A stretch of 63,969 nt of DNA, filler included, from Choristocarpus tenellus KU-1152 (taxonomy: Eukaryota; Protista; Phaeophyceae): the NCBI GenBank assembly GCA_964200185.2. It is 6 parts of 6 records of this genome, joined end to end, with 100 filler letters (N's around TTAATTAATTAA, not from the genome) between each part and the next. Parts side by side here need not be neighbours in the genome. Positions count along the whole stretch, not along the records: positions 40,661 to 54,023 come from CAXNAD020001510.1; positions 54,124 to 61,172 come from CAXNAD020006787.1; 4 more parts are not named here. One strand, given 5' to 3'. A program made the position numbers and the translations under genes. Shown piece by piece: positions 41,005 to 54,411 of the stretch. The notes beneath the pieces are model-generated. The model saw only the letters and a list, made by a program, of their open reading frames with translations. It searched no databases and was not told where the DNA came from. The stretch's first letter is position 1. Each line of letters opens with the position of its first letter.

Positions 41005-41310
41005 GGTGACTTTGAGACAGGGGTGAGTCAAACGGTTGGTGCAAAACGCCTGAAGGTTGAGAAAGCCCAAGGGAAATCTAGTAGAGGGTTCAAGACCATT
41101 CCCGTGGATGCATCAAAAAGTAAGGTAAATGCTTCAATTGAGTTTGGAGAAACTGCGAGTAGATCCCCTTGGAAACATGGCAGTTGGGCAGAAGCCAGGG
41201 CTGACCCTCAAGTGCAGGCGATTCTTGATGCAGCAAACAGAGCCAGACCCTTGTCAGCTGTGCCATGGGAGGATGGAATGACTGAGAAGTGTCAGAAGCA
41301 AGAAGGCTAG
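41005..41310 (+). CDS. probable terminal exon of an unidentified gene
   Basis: Pyrimidine-rich tract and TTCAG acceptor, then about 101 open codons (GDFETGVSQTVGAKRLKVEK..DPQVQAILDAANRARPL..QEG*). No family recognised. Confidence 0.35.
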   Translation, partial: GDFETGVSQTVGAKRLKVEKAQGKSSRGFKTIPVDASKSKVNASIEFGETASRSPWKHGSWAEARADPQVQAILDAANRARPLSAVPWEDGMTEKCQKQEG

Positions 41311-44300
41311 TGATGGATTAATATCACCTCTTTCCTAAGTGCACAGGAAACCGATTTGATAGGTGCCAAGTATACACGCAGATACCTCTTTGATACTTCA
41401 ATGTGTGACTAATTTTGTTACTGTGGATCAACACCCACTCGATCTTGTTTAAAAATTTGGATTGTCTACTTGTTGTTGCTATGCTCTCTGCGCGCGCGCG
41501 CGTTCCAAGTTTCTTTGCATTGACTATTGGACTGTTGAAGTGTTTATTTACACAGGTAAGAAAACCGTGTTTGTGGCCGTTTTAGTCAAATGGGAAGGAT
41601 AAAGAGAGAGAGAGAGGGAGAGAGAGATGAGGGTTCCGAAGGCAAACACTCTGTGCAGGTCATTTGGTTGCTGTTCCACTTAGTCAATGCCGCCTCAGGC
41701 GAACCTCCAAGTCAATCCGTGGGCCCAATCGAATTGGAATTTTCCTGTGTCTCTAGACAAGTCTTTATGGGGAATGAAAATCATCCCAACGTCACAAGCT
41801 GTTGATCTTATTTGAGTCTTAGGTGTGGATCGTTTGGTTTCTCAACTTTTAGTTGACCTGGTTGAGCCCGTGACTGACAGGACCGCTCTAAAGTTTGTCC
41901 GTTGAAAGTCGTTACCATTTTTACAAGCAGGGGAAGGCGTCCGTTTGGGGTCATTATTCAGTGTTGTGATTTTGATGTCTCCGAATCTGGAACAGAGTGA
42001 AATGCAGAAAAAAAGAGGCTCCAAAAAGTCGTGCTTCATCGTAACATTTCAAGCCCCAAACAGACAGGGGCAAAATGTTCACCCTCTTATCTTAAATGGT
42101 GCGGTTCTGATTTAGCACGGTGAGTTGGCTACATGTCTCGGTACCAGCAAGCCAGCCTTCACTGTACTTTTGTTGGCTTTTGCGCCCTCCGTTCAAGACA
42201 AGAATTGGCCCTGTGAAGCACCGTTCTCACAGATTGGCGCCATGAGTGGGATATTTGAAAGCTGTTTCATCACACACCCAAAAGCAGGACCGACAGGGTT
42301 CTGAAATGTGCATTACGACGCTAATTAGTTGTGTTCTTGTTAGTTTTCCTCTTTGAAGGTAAGGGTACATACAAATAGAAATAATACATTACTTCCTTCC
42401 CTCTCTATTGAGCCTACCATTAATGCCTTTTGCAGGGTAAATGGTAAGAGTTTGTGGAGTATTTGGGTGTTGTTGCAGTACCTGGTGAGCGATGCATGTG
42501 CTCCTGCTGTCAATAAGTATTACTATCATTAATACTGTGCCTTTTGTGAATGACTAGGAGACAAGTTAATCACAATGATACAGTCGGTGGTAGGAGCAGT
42601 AGACACAAATAGTAATTAGGTAAGAGACGGATGTGTAATGAATGTGTCCTCTAAGGTAATGTGCAGCCTCAACACACTAATTCCTCAGGTGGTGAAGGGT
42701 GCCAAAGATTACAAAAGTTACAAGTGGGTAGAATGGTGCTGTCTAGAACCTAGAATTTGCAGGTCTTTTTTATATCAAACATGAAATGCCTGCCTGTGTA
42801 CATTATCTATTCTGGGTTACAGTGTAAGAATGTGAGTCAGTTCATATGGTACAGGCACTCATTCGCCAAAGGAGGTGAGAAGGTAAAGCTACTTCCTAGT
42901 GACGACCCAGGCCCCTTCCCGTGTCTAGTCTGACCTTTGTTTATCGTGCATCTCTCCTACCATCTCACTGATACCTCTGCCCAGACCAAGCATTTGGGAT
43001 TGGGTTCTCAGTGGATATCTCATGAATTTCCTTTTTCACTCCTCACCACAATATTTTATGATTGGTAGACTGTTCCTCTGGTGGGTATCTTCATGGAGCA
43101 TGTACTACTGCTGTAGTGACTTCATAATATTAGGTCTCTTTCTCTGGTGTTAGGTGCAAGGTGGCTTCTGATGGTCTCCGATTCCCTTGATGTATCAGTG
43201 TACGATAATGGAACCATATTCATACGGTAGCGCAAATTCGCAAATACTTGAACTTTTTCAAGAGCAAATATATATATATATACTGATCATTCCAAATTGC
43301 GTATCTAGTTAGCTAGTATGGTATTAGGCACATGAAGGATGCAGAATGATTGTGGAGGATCTCAGACATAACATGAGACATGGTCGAACGGGGGTGGCAA
43401 GGGGTCCGCAGACTGGGGTAATTGCTGTCTTTTCATATTTCCTGCTTAGGTTGGCTTTCACCCTCCTCATCTGGGTTAGTCTGATGTTTCTTCTGGGTTT
43501 GGCTTAGTATTGGGTAGAAATAGTAATGAGAAGGTGTGTTTACTTATTTGACGGTATAATACATGGATAGGAGGAGGGCCTGTTTTTCAGTGGCCCTCCC
43601 TGCTTATCGCGTGGAAGGTCTGCAAGGAGACATGGGAACTAGTAATACCATCTCCAAACAAAATGCATCTACTCTAGTATTTAAAGCTTTGCTCCACAGG
43701 ATTTCGACCACTCACTACGACCACTACTTGTATTTCAAATAATACCCGTAATACCGTTCATGGCTCTACAGATAGAGGACAATACATCATGGTCATAATT
43801 TGTAACACTACTATAACTCATGTATGGAGGGAACGACCAACAAGAATCAAATATGTAGCAGTTTGAAGAAATAAGTAAACTTTACTGGTTCAATGGAATC
43901 TGTTCTGTTACTAATATTGTATATTGTGGGACTTTCATCCTTGCATATCTGCTCGTGTGTGCGCCTATAGATATTTCAAAAATTGTGGAAAATCCTAAAA
44001 GTAAATGGTATCCCAAGGATTGAGCTAGCTGAAACATGGTCTAGCTCAATGTCATCGAACCCTTTCCTCCATATCACGTGTTTCCTCATTATCTTACACT
44101 CATACGTGATCACTTACAACGGTATTTTCATATCAATCTCCTCAAACATTTTAGCCCTATAAACCCGTGAACTCAACTAATCATTTCGCACTGCAACTAC
44201 CACATAGAGGCACACTCATTTAGCCAATGTAGGACACATTATTGCTATCTGATTTAAAACCGCATCACTGATCCTTCAACTTCTATGTTCCTCGCTCCCT

Positions 44301-45379
44301 TACTCCATCCCCATCCCTATTGCTTCCATAGTAACTGAAGGTTATACCCCACCAATTTGATAGTATCTAACTTAAATGTAAGACCATAGGATTGGCGCAA
44401 TGACAACCTTTGAAATTCGAAATAGAAGAATCTTTAAGCAAGCAGTCTTTCATTTTGTGGCACTCTGGAGATGAAGAACCTGTATCATGTGGGTTAACCA
44501 TTTCTAGTTTCGATTTTCACTATTATTAGGGGCACCAGCTCTCATTATCGTGTGCGTGCTTGCTTCAAATGCGCGCGTCTATCACTTTAAAGGGTACTTG
44601 CCCGCCCAGTGTGTTGTACCCTATCATGTCAGTGAACCTTTCTACTTGGGTTTACAGAATATCGTGTTCAGAGGTACAGATGTGTCGATCGCCAACATTT
44701 AGCAATCAACAGTTTTGTTAAAAAACTTATCAAGGTTTTATGCTCGCAAGTATATCCTGTTGTCGTAATTCCCAATTATGTCGCTGACTTTGCCCCTAAG
44801 CATAATACGTCATCATCCTACTCATCATGTTGTATCCCCTGGCGGTGATCTGAATCTTGATGTTTCCCCTTCAATCGCAAGATCACAATTTGTTTATCCT
44901 CCCACCATATGGACCCTGGAAAGCAATCCAACGTGAATTCCACCCCACAATCTCTGATTTTGTTGCACATCGCTACTGTCTACTCTGGCTGAACAATGGT
45001 AACGGTATCTTTGTGTTTAATAATACAGTTCTAGTTGGAGAAGACATTCTCTCTTCTTATCAGGAGTGTATCAAAATGCAGCCTCTTGACATGATCATGA
45101 AAGTGATACATTAGGGTACCTGGGTCAACTTTATTCTTACCCCACACAGTGTGTTGAGTAACTGTTACTTCTTGGGCACCTATAATAGTGTATACTGGGA
45201 CATACTTGACTCAAATAAAACTCGCAGCCAAACTTGGGGTAGGTATTGTGAAAAGATCGGTATCTGTAAAATATCCAGTAGCACCAGCTGTACCCGGATG
45301 GACCCCTATGAACGTACACTTTCGCAAAGTGTGACCACTGAAACACAAAAACAGAGCAAAATTTCTTTCCGTTAAAGGG

Positions 45380-45395
45380 GGTGTCGGAAAACACC
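45380..45395 (-). terminator. histone 3' stem-loop of H1
   Basis: Minus strand GGTGTT-TTCC-GACACC (one U-G pair), preceded by CAAACAAACC and followed by CCCTTTAACGGAAAGAAA. Confidence 0.8.
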
Positions 45396-45490
45396 GGTTT
45401 GTTTGGTAGCTGCATTGCATCAGGGTTGCAGCACTCTTAGGCAGGTGGAGGATAGTCCCACATTTTCGGGAACTTGACTTTTGTGGAGAT

Positions 45491-46253
45491 TTACTTCTTC
45501 GCAGCAGCTTTCTTCTTCGGAGTGGACTTCTTTGGGGTGCCGGCCTTCTTGGTAGCGGCAGCCTTCTTGGTAGTTGCTGCCTTCTTGGTAGAGGCAGCCT
45601 TCTTGGTAGTGGCAGGCTTCTTGGGAGTGGCAGCCTTCTTCTTTGTAGTGCTTTTCTTAGTGACGGTGGCCTTCTTGGGAGCAGCTTTCTTCTTCGCGAC
45701 CACCTTCTTGGGAGCAGCCTTCTTTGCTGTTACTTTGGGGGCAGTCTTTTTGGGAGCTGTCTTTTTAACGACAGGCTTCGGAATAACCTTCTTGGGGACG
45801 ACCTTCGCGGGCTTCATAGCAGCTGTCTTAGCAGCGGGGGTGAGCTTGTACGAGGCCTTGATCTGCACGTGAGAGGAGAATACGATGGTGTGAGACATTG
45901 ACATGAAACGAAGGACTGAACAATAGTGTATCTTCAGAGAGAGAGAGACAGAGACGGTGGAATTGGCTAACCTTGACCAGCTTGCCAGTCTCGACACCCT
46001 TCCTAAGTGCGCTGCGAAGTTGGTGGGGAGAAAAGGACAAGTCCTTGTGCACCGAAGTCATATGCTTCTTGATCGCCTGGACGCTGGAGCCCGTGCGCTC
46101 CTTGAGTGCAAGAATGGACTCGACACACATCTGCATTGACATACATTGGGACGATTTTGTTTTTCAAATTTCAATTTCATAGAAACCAATATTCACACAG
46201 CCAGATTCGGTAGGCGCTGAATCGATCTTTCACACCTCAGCGTAGGTCGGCAT
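45491..46253 (-). CDS. H1: histone H1, 182 aa, three exons
   Basis: Exons 46253-46236 (MPTYAE), 46130-45972 (MCVESILALKERTGSSVQAIKKH..KGVETGKLVK) and 45862-45491 (IKASYKL followed by a K/A/P/T-rich tail, TAA); GT-AG phase-0 introns of 105 and 109 bp. Confidence 0.93.
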
Positions 46254-46399
46254 CTTGTCAGGTAAGAGTTGATAACGATCCGGAGTTGTTTAACAGTGTT
46301 GTGAGATTGAGGGTTGGGTGTTGTGTGTTGACTATTTTGGGACGAGAAAGAAGAGGAGGTTATTATGTACCGATTCGACTTGCAACTAAATGATTCTGG

Positions 46400-46432
46400 C
46401 CAATAGAATCGTGGTAATATGTACTAACCAAT
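46400..46432. promoter_or_regulatory. paired CCAAT boxes upstream of H1
   Basis: CCAAT at 46400-46404 and 46428-46432, about 150-180 bp upstream of the ATG. Confidence 0.45.
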
Positions 46433-49336
46433 CCGATGCCGAAGCATACTGAACCATCATGTCAGATTGTTTTGTGTTTGAAGTAAGTAGAAGATTGAAG
46501 TAGGTTCTTCCTTCAATCAAGGTTCTGGGTTCAAACCCCATTAATGACAGATATAGGTGAATGACAGGAGATAGTCTTTTAGTTTATCTTACACTACTAG
46601 TTCATATTACAATATACAAATTTGATGTATTAGGTTTGAAGTAATGAGAAGATCAAATTATGGAGGGTGCGTAACAATCAGTTTTGGAACTACTTTTTTT
46701 AAATACTCGAAAACACTTCATTTTTAGTATTACAGATTGTCTTCCTCTGTAAGATATCTCAACACCGTGTTTGTATAAAAATATGTTACTTGCAAAGGTT
46801 ATGACGAGTACACTCCCTAAAAGATGTGATGGAGGGATGAACCCGTAATAATGCAGACATAGATTTCAATATATTGCAATAAGTCATGTTGACCTGAGAT
46901 TGTATCAACTAAAGAGTTGAAAGTTTTTTTGTATTGACACACACTAGGGTTGTATCTGATTGATTGCTGATATTGGCGTGTCCAAAAGCACGTACTCTTC
47001 ACGAGGAACCCGATGATGATCACCTCCCACTCTTGATTCGTATTCTGGGAAGATATTTTTTTCACGAGTGTATACATCGTTACGGTTGTTAGGTTATATT
47101 AGATGGTTTTGAACGCTGGAACAATATAAAATAAAATAATATAATATGTTCAACAATAATTTTCACCTCTGGAATATACTCGGTCGATCGTTGTGGCTTA
47201 GACCTCTTAATAAAGTTTTTCATTGCGTGCATGTTGCAAGTTCAAACCCTGTCGACGACGATCTCTTGTTCATGAAAGCCTGTGGTCAACTACCCCAATT
47301 AGATGGCCGTCTGTATGTATTGTACGCTAGTATTATTGTAGATTGCAAAATTCTATCATTGTATTTATTATCCACAATACAGTGTAATGCTCAACAGTAC
47401 AAAACATTTTTGAGCGTAACATTTTGTTTTTCTCCTGGGTCATGACAATTTTGGGGTCACCTTAACTTTTCGGTAGGACTATCTGGTCTGCCTAACGTGG
47501 CACATTGCGATATACCAGCACAACTCATGCCAGTGTGAATAGATCCCCAATTATTATTGAGCCACTTGTGAATGGAAATGAGGCAGAAAAGTCACATTTG
47601 TCTTGGCCCCCACTTGATACATACTACTGTGATATACTTTTTTGGAGGCGATTGGAATAATTGTAAAGTTCAGCAACATATTTAGGATTATATCTCCAAA
47701 CACAAGGTACTCTATTTGCTCTCTGTTGTTAGTACTGTGTCATGGGTAAAAGAACAAGAACTTCCTTGCCAAGGCACCCTCAGGTCCTGCTGCAAATAAG
47801 TTATCCCCCAGTGAGGTACTCTTCTCCTTTTCGCCACTTTTCTACATAATATGTCTCCATCAGCTCAACCTTGGATGTCATTCTTCCTATTATTTTTCAG
47901 TCCCAACACCAAGCATACCTGTCAAAAGTGTGCTCAAATAATTCTGAGATAGAGGATAGTGTACTGAAGTTTGTTGATGAGGTGTGCATTGTCCCAGGCT
48001 CTCGTATGGACAGTAACTTGCAATCTGTCAAGTGTGGCTTAGGGAGGCCTAGGTAGACTATATATATATATATATATTAGCGACTGTAATAGTGGGTAAT
48101 GCTCCACCACCCTCCACACCATATAGAGGGATTAGCTGCCTTAAAGTGATTTGGAGAACTACTACTGGTAAACTCAGTTAGGGAAATATGTAAATCTTTC
48201 AGGCCATCAATCAACTTTAGAAATGATGGCAACCAGTAGTAGCACTATAAAATTCAGTAGTGTCTAGGTGTAGTGAAGCAGAGATGGAGGGTGTGCCAAA
48301 CACCACACCTGAAGTAATCGGGAGGTAGAGTTACAGTTGAAGGATGCTGACAAATGTGTACAATTCATCTACTTTTACAAATGAGTATAGGTTATATCTG
48401 AATTGTGTCAATCACACCCTCCTTGGCCTCATGTTGTGGCACATGTGAAGGTTGCGGTAGTCCTCTCAACCTAATTTGGAGTAACTTAATATTTGATATG
48501 ATCTGGTAGTGTAAAAACATTAGGGTAAATGGGCAATTTTTCCCCCATTTTTTATGTCGTGGGTAAACAATTGTCCCTGACAACCTGAGGATGAAATGAA
48601 CAGTAATCTTAGCTTTGAGCTTCTTTCATTTGGGTGTAGCTGAAGAAAATTCATAGTCGGTAGGACATTGAACTCCGTGAGATATATCAGTTGAATGTGA
48701 ACACTCTCGCATTGTTTGGGTGGTGTTGATGTAAACAATTTGAGCGTGAGAGGGCATTGGGTAATCAGTCATAATATCACACAACCACTTCCGTCGATCA
48801 ATACTCTTCGTCATTGTGGTGCTTGTAAGGCAAAGGAGTACAGGTTTTGGATAGTCGAGGAAGTTGGTACACGGAATTGTTTACCTGGACAGGCAACTCT
48901 AGCTGCATCTGAGTTCTTGCTCTTACTCTGCAATATAGTCACTGCCAAGTGTAATACGTATCTCTGGTTTCGACACTGTGGCGCTGTCCTCTAGTGGGGA
49001 TAGCTTCTGTATCCAAGCGTAAAGGGCTTAGGTAGAAGGGAATCATATTGGAGACAAATGCTGCATCGTACGTAAAAGAGTTCTTGGTACCTCTGATGGA
49101 GCTCTATCTACACGGCTTAGGGTAGAGGATTACATAGTGTATTCTTTTACCCTCGCCACGCATGTATCACCTAAGCACTCACTGTCGACCTAAACTGAGC
49201 AATTCAACATTACCGTACGCATGTTCAAAGTATTCCAGTACAACGTGAGAATATGTGTCAGTATTTGAAAAAATAGCATATGCTAAACACAAGCAGTACA
49301 AAATAGTGCAAGGCAATGCTTCTCACTCCTAAGGGT

Positions 49337-49353
49337 GGTGTTGAGTAAACACC
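49337..49353 (-). terminator. histone 3' stem-loop of H2A (5-nt loop)
   Basis: Minus strand GGTGTT-TACTC-AACACC-ACCC. Confidence 0.85.
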
Positions 49354-49409
49354 ATGTTGATGGGTAGAGTCATGGAGACCATGACTCTAGTTATCGCCAA
49401 GGTAGACAA

Positions 49410-49787
49410 TTAGGCTTTCTTAGCAGACTTCTTAGGCAGAAGGACAGCGTGGATATTTGGCAATACACCGCCAGATGCAATGGTGACTTCACCAAGCAAC
49501 TTGTTTAGCTCCTCGTCGTTGCGGACAGCTAGCTGAATGTGACGAGGAACAATGCGAGCCTTCTTATTGTCACGGGCTGCATTCCCAGCGAGCTCGAGCA
49601 CCTCCGCAGTCAGGTACTCCAGAACGGCGGCGAGATACACTGGGGCACCAGCGCCAACACGAGTCGCATACTTGCCCTGTTTAAGGAAGCGGCCTACACG
49701 GCCGACTGGGAACTGAAGTCCAGCCTTGGCAGACCTCGAGGTCGACTTCTTGGAGTCCCCACGCCCGCCCTTTCACTTGCCAGACAT
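49410..49787 (-). pseudogene. H2A: histone H2A with a premature TGA at codon 5
   Basis: ATG TCT GGC AAG TGA AAG GGC GGG CGT = [60 protein letters not shown]. The stop at 49775-49773 replaces the conserved Gly (GGA). Confidence 0.9.
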
Positions 49788-50212
49788 AGTTCCTTAGATG
49801 GTGAGCGTCGATAAGTATTACAACTTCCTAGTTTGACGAACTTGCAGGTTGTGATGGAGGCGTGTGGCGTGAAGAAATTCTAGGTTCTTGTTCTTAGGTG
49901 GAACATTTGGGTAGTTGAGGTTGGTGTATGATACAGGGTTGCAGTCGAAAAAAAAGAGAAATCAAGATGGAAGGGGTAACAAGTATTTGAAATAATGTTT
50001 GATGATTGGCTGGAAATTGAATATCACGATTGGATTGACTGAGAGCAAAAGCGGAGTACGAAAAGGAATATTCCTCGTTATTGTATGAATTCTATTTCTT
50101 TCATAATCAGGCGACCAAAATTGGTGAGACACCCCAACCCTACGTCCTTAGCCCATCACACAACTCGTTTTTCCATTAACATTCATACTACCTTCTACTC
50201 CACCCGTAAATC
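49788..50212. promoter_or_regulatory. bidirectional H2A/H2B promoter region
   Basis: 425 bp between divergent ATGs; ATTGG (reverse CCAAT) at 50005-50009 and 50029-50033. Confidence 0.6.
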
Positions 50213-50563
50213 ATGGCCAAGACCCCCTCCAAGAAGTCTGTTAAGGCCCCAAAGAAGGCCGGTGAAAAGAAGAGAAAGAGCAAGCGCACTGAGTCGTACA
50301 GCTCCTACATCTACAAGGTGCTTAAGCAGGTCCACCCCGACACTGGAATCTCTAAGCGGGGCATGTCGATCATGAATTCATTCATCAACGATGTATTTGA
50401 GCGTGTGGCGAGCGAGTCCGGTCGTCTCACGCGTTACAACAAGAAGGCAACCCTGTCTTCTCGTGAGGTGCAAACGGCTGTACGCCTGATGCTCCCAGGT
50501 GAGCTCGCCAAGCATGCCGTATCTGAGGGCACAAAGGCCGTCACTAAGTTCACTTCATCCTAA
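50213..50563 (+). CDS. H2B: histone H2B, 116 aa, intronless
   Basis: [69 protein letters not shown]; stramenopile-type N-terminus. Confidence 0.97.
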   Translation: MAKTPSKKSVKAPKKAGEKKRKSKRTESYSSYIYKVLKQVHPDTGISKRGMSIMNSFINDVFERVASESGRLTRYNKKATLSSREVQTAVRLMLPGELAKHAVSEGTKAVTKFTSS

Positions 50564-50634
50564 ATCAAGGTAACACGTGGCAGGACTTCTTAATGATGGC
50601 ACCCGCGTTTAACGCGCACTAACTCGCACAACCT

Positions 50635-50651
50635 GGTGTTTATTCAACACC
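50635..50651 (+). terminator. histone 3' stem-loop of H2B (5-nt loop)
   Basis: GGTGTT-TATTC-AACACC-ACCAA, with AAAGAA at 50663-50668. Confidence 0.85.
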
Positions 50652-51788
50652 ACCAACCTCACAAAGAATTACTGCGGAACCGATGCGTAGGTGCAATATT
50701 ATCGTTTTACCTACTCCGAAATGTTTTGAAATTGTTTTGTATCCTCATTGTGCCTTTGTGATTTGACACTTGTTCATTGAGCATATGGACAGTTGTGACT
50801 CTGCTATCAGGTCATCTTCAACCAACTACTTATCACATGTACTGTCTCCAACACCTCACCAGTTTGGAAGAGAGAGGATTACTGGTTTTCATTTGAATCA
50901 CTAAAGCATGGCATCAATCGCTCGACACTTGACATTGTGTTATCATTCTTTGGCTGCAGCACACCTCAGGATTTATTCTTGTTCTGCATGAGCTAAGGTA
51001 GGGACACGACACAAAATTGAGACACAAATGCCACATACCTACTTGTAATACGCTTGACTGCCTCATGATTGCATTAATTTTTGTTCTTTTCCAGTCTATT
51101 GAAACCAAGTCCACAAATAAACGAATCTGTCAAAGAGATGTCCTGTTCCCCAACAAAGGTATTTGTCGTTGATGTTCAATAAACACCTACGGATTTTAAA
51201 AAACGTCTGGATTTGCGCGTTCATGCTCTGTTGGGCCAAGCGGGGATGCAAAACGAGGACTGTGAACGCAGAGCACTCATCAGAGGTTCTTAGGAGCTAA
51301 ACTCCAGACATTCTTTTGCCACGAGAAATTCCCTTATTCCAATAATTTAATGGCATTTTCTCGCGCGTGGAAATGGACAGGTGAAGTGACTAGTTCTGTG
51401 ATTCCAGTTCTGAAAGGCGCTTGAGAAAAAATACAAAATTGCTTAATGATGTCCATGAATGGATTAGGCATTCAAGAAAGTCGAGACAAAACCACCTGTT
51501 GGCAACAATGCACTTTCTTTATGGTTACAGTTCCCTGGCCTTGCATAACAACTTTTTGCAACCAAGACTTGCTAGGAGTGCTGTGAGACATTGAGAATGT
51601 TACTCAGCATGCACAATTGGACCATAAAACACAACCCCTGATCTTACAACTCACATATCCCATTCTGACATGGTTGTGCTATAATGGTATCTTTATCGGG
51701 CATGAAGGTGTAGGTGACTCACCCTTTTGATGCATATATTGTGGAAAAACGATTGTGAAGAGATTAGGGTGACTTCTTAGTTCTGGGT

Positions 51789-51805
51789 GGTGTTGAAAAA
51801 ACACC
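51789..51805 (-). terminator. histone 3' stem-loop of H4 (5-nt loop)
   Basis: Minus strand GGTGTT-TTTTC-AACACC-ACCCA, then GAACTAAGAAG. Confidence 0.85.
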
Positions 51806-51875
51806 AGTTGTTGTAATTGAGTACACTGAGAAAGAAGGTGCAACTATTGACGAGGGTTTGAAGGACAGTAGAGCT

Positions 51876-52944
<1,069 letters not shown>

Positions 52945-53041
52945 GCAGTATTAGCAAGCTTTCTTGTCATTGAATCGGCATAACTTCATCTCGAGCATCT
53001 CTAGTCTTGTTTTGTTCTCAGCCTTTATGTGACACACACCT

Positions 53042-53057
53042 GGTGCTTTTCAGCACC
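53042..53057 (+). terminator. histone 3' stem-loop of H3 (canonical 6-bp stem, TTTC loop)
   Basis: GGTGCT-TTTC-AGCACC-ACCCA, then GAAGGA at 53068-53073. Confidence 0.9.
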
Positions 53058-53940
53058 ACCCAAGCACGAAGGATGCCCTTACTGAGTCTAGTAGGGTGAC
53101 CAAGGCAGTATATCTCAAGTGTCCTTGATTTAAGGGCAATAGACTAGGGAATGGATAGTAGCCAAGGGACCAACATAAAAATGCGCCATCTTTTTATCGC
53201 ATTTTATCATTTGAAATGCGTTTTACATGAGGGTAAGGAAGTTATTGGATTCAGCACATAAGTCGAGAAAACTCATTTTCTTTTATAGGTTACTCGGTAT
53301 TTTGACACCAATCTACCATTGCTCCACAGTTTTACTTCATATGCTTCAGAGAACAGAGGGTACAAGATTATAGTTCAAAGCGGCAGAGTGAAAGGAAAGC
53401 AACAGCCATTAACTGGCAGAACTATAAGTGGTGAAAGTTTTGGTATATTATGTTTATAATTCACTGAGTAAATGCTTTCAAATATTCTGTTGGGTACAGT
53501 AGTGCAGTCTACTCTAGAGAAAGTGCAGGAAGAAGATGAATTGTGTCTTTTGCATACACTGGAGAAATTGTATATCTGAAGCCTTCTGTGCGCTACACGA
53601 ATGTTCCTTATTTTTCAGTCCATCCAAATGTGCCTTTATTTTCCAGATTCCTAGTTCCAATGCCAAGGTGTGATGGCTGCTGGGGTTTTTTGGGATCAGT
53701 TCGTGGTCCTTTAGTATCCCATCCAGGTTGAAGTACCCTTCTGCTCCAGTTCCTATGTCAGTATCCGATAAACGAGTACAGCATGATGAAGACGGAACTG
53801 AAGTCAGTCCAGAGTCAGCCCTGTGGCGATGCATGTGATAGTGATAGTGTAAACTTTACTCCTTTCCTCGGTATGGAGCTGATACTCTTTTTGTGATATT
53901 TTATTCAGTACACCAGAACAAGCACATGAAGGTTGTGACC

Positions 53941-53983
<43 letters not shown>

Positions 53984-54023
53984 CCTCCTCCCCTCCCTCC
54001 TCCCCCTCTTCCTCCCCCTCCTT
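53941..54023. repeat. poly-C / CT-rich low-complexity tract at a contig end
   Basis: Long C run followed by (C/T)-only sequence. Confidence 0.9.
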
Positions 54024-54123
54024 NNNNNNNNNNNNNNNNNNNNNNNNNNNNNNNNNNNNNNNNNNNNTTAATTAATTAANNNNNNNNNNNNNNNNNNNNN
54101 NNNNNNNNNNNNNNNNNNNNNNN
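54024..54123. other. artificial contig linker
   Basis: N44-TTAATTAATTAA-N44. Confidence 0.97.
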
Positions 54124-54144
54124 CCCCCCCAGATACTTTGACCC
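54124..54144. mobile_element. right TIR of a family C MITE at a contig start
   Basis: CCCCCCCAGATACTTTGACCC. Confidence 0.8.
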
Positions 54145-54163
54145 ATATTCCAATCAAAAACCT

Positions 54164-54411
54164 TTATTCTGCAACTTCTAGGAACTTTGACGTTTCTTCT
54201 GTAAGGTTACGTATGCATTACGAATCTTACTCTGCAACTTCTAAGGAATCAGCATATATTCTGTAAGGCTACCTATGTGTTACTAATCTCATATACTACT
54301 CGCGCTTGTTAGAACACGAGAAGATATGCTAGCGCTATTCAGCTGTAACAAATGCTCGCGTTTGCTAGAACACGGGAAGAAATGCTCACGCTATTTGCCT
54401 GTAACACACTG
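54164..54411. repeat. two adjacent imperfect tandem duplications (about 63 bp x2, then about 56 bp x2)
   Basis: TCTGCAACTTCTA..TTCTGTAAGG.TAC.TATG occurs twice; CTCGCG.TTG.TAGAACACG.GAAGA.ATGCT..CGCTATT...CTGTAACA occurs twice. Confidence 0.75.

Noticed and set aside
41920-42095. Segment resembling MITE family A subterminal motifs (GCGTCCGTTTGGGG, AAGCCCCAAACAGAC)
   Set aside because: No clear TIR pair or TSD; too degenerate to call.
45474-45872. 132-aa hydrophobic plus-strand ORF resembling a membrane protein
   Set aside because: Antisense shadow of the Lys/Ala-rich H1 tail (AAG reversed gives CTT/TTC codons).
49410-49640. 76-aa ORF-track protein starting MYLAAV as a short H2A variant
   Set aside because: The start is a GTG (Val) inside the histone fold; the real ATG is at 49787.
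49773-49775. TGA at a conserved Gly as evidence for a TGA=Gly genetic code or readthrough (none of the six confidently identified complete gene ends uses TGA)
   Set aside because: It is a single instance explained by one G to T change. No in-frame TGA occurs in the DLEC1, RRS1 or other histone exons, and neighbouring H3 and H4 are independently damaged.
53893-54075. Poly-proline ORF
   Set aside because: Translation of a poly-C tract at a contig end running into the linker.
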